Positions 62,621 through 64,000 of a stretch of DNA of 64,000 nucleotides are shown here, one piece after another; within the stretch, counting starts at the first letter, position 1, and each line of letters opens with the position of its first letter. The notes under the pieces are model-generated. The model saw only the letters and a list, made by a program, of their open reading frames with translations, was not told the origin of the DNA and searched no databases. A program made the translations under genes and the position numbers. Source of the stretch: Raillietiella orientalis (lineage: Eukaryota); NCBI GenBank assembly GCA_036172245.1, contig JAYWIR010000014.1, positions 1,426,001 through 1,490,000 on the forward strand, written 5' to 3'.

Positions 62621-64000
62621 CTATAGGGACCGAAAAGAGAGAAGGGAAAGGAAGGGAGTTGCAAGAGGGAGCTGACAAGGAGAAATCAGAGAAGGCAAGC
62701 GGCGGCTCCGTTCGGAAGGAGAAAAGGAGAACCGGTGGCGCTCGCGGAGAGATGGCGCTTCTCTTTGACTTTCCACTTTCTCCCTTCTCCTCCTCCTCTT
62801 CCTGCTCTCTTTCCTCTCTCCCTCGCCCGCGCCGCCGCCGCCGCTGCCAAACGTCACCGTCCCCCGAGCCCGGGCGCGCGCTCGGAGGCGCTCGCACGCT
62901 CTGCGTTTCCAGATCTCGCTCGGCGCGAACCACTGCCAGAGGGCAGAAAGAAAAGGAAAAGAAAGAAAGAAAGAAGAAACTTTTTTTTCTCCTCCCTGCC
63001 CGCTTCGTTAATTCGTTCCGGAGAGAGGAGGGGGATGGGCAGAAAGGGAGGAGAGGGGGCGGAAGCTGCTACCGACGCACCCACAGGCGATAGGGTAAAA
63101 CGAAAAGAGGGGAAGAGCGGGCTCGCGTGCACGCGCGTACGCAGCGGAGCGGCTACCGAAACGCGCCTCTCCGCGCGCGCCTGCAGTTCCCTCAAGCAAT
63201 TCGGGGAGCCAGGGAGAGCTCCTCTTTCCTCAGGCGAGGGAAAGGGTGAGGGGGGAGAGAGAAGGAAAAGGCCACTGCTGCCGCCTACTTCTCCTGCTGC
63301 TCTGCTTCATCCTCCTCCCTCCCTCTTTCTTTTTTCTTCTTCGAAGGAGGGGGAGGTAACTCGCCTGTCGCCTCGAGCACGGGCTCGCCTCGGGGCTGCA
63401 TGGGTGAAGGCAGGGAGGGAAACGCGAGGTACGGGATGGGGGAAGAGCTCACCCGCGTCCGGAACAGGAAGCAGGGCCGTAAACGAAAGGAGCAGAGACT
63501 CCGGTGGCTATCGCCTCCGCGAGCGATCTCTGGAGCTCCCTCCCCTTCTCGAGGCTATGTCCTTCGCCACAGCGCCCAAGGGAAGAAGGCTGAAACGCAC
63601 CCCAAAAAGGAGACCAAGAGAGAAGGAAGCGGACAGACTCCCGCCTGCCTGATGCGTCTTCAAGGCCTCCGGCCGACGGCGACCTCACATCCAGCGTCCA
63701 CGGATCTCGTGGAGGGAGACGGACGCGTGGGCAATGCCCCATCGCCTCAGGAAAGGAGATCAAGGGGGCAGGAAACCGCCACTGGAAGCAAACTATATCG
63801 TGCCCGTACTTTCATACTGGGCCAGACTTGCCCAGAAAGCCTTCACGTTGCAGGACAGGAGGGCGGGAGGGAAGGACGAGCGTCTGCCATCCTTCGTTTC
63901 CGGAAGAGCTCTCGGGGAGCGCCGTCTGCCCCCCAGGACTGGGAAAGAGACAGGGCGACGTCTTCTCCTCCCTCCTTCTGAAAGCGTCTTCCAGGCATGG

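Overview
This is eukaryotic, most plausibly invertebrate, non-coding DNA. The taxon is inferred from the repeat types and splice signals, not identified. No ORF in the six-frame track matches a host protein family I can recognise. Most of the long ORFs are overlapping, low-complexity GC-rich frames on both strands and look spurious. Well-supported content: (1) an internally deleted hAT DNA transposon of the Buster/Charlie (ZBED5-like) type at 15566-17293, with TIRs, an 8-bp target-site duplication and a broken transposase; (2) at least seven copies or fragments of a ~0.7-kb tRNA-derived SINE family; (3) a near-perfect ~670-bp inverted repeat formed by two of those SINE copies lying tail-to-tail around a ~1.5-kb spacer (31615-34486); (4) a second dispersed repeat family with an internal palindrome (3240-3597, 10433-10802); (5) a 37-bp minisatellite, a ~100-bp local duplication and small hairpins. 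GC/CpG-rich and AT-richer blocks alternate. A few splice-site-bounded candidate exons are reported at low confidence, notably a minus-strand micro-exon chain near 24.5-25.4 kb. I see no CRISPR array, rRNA or true tRNA gene, and I cannot claim a new biological system from sequence alone.
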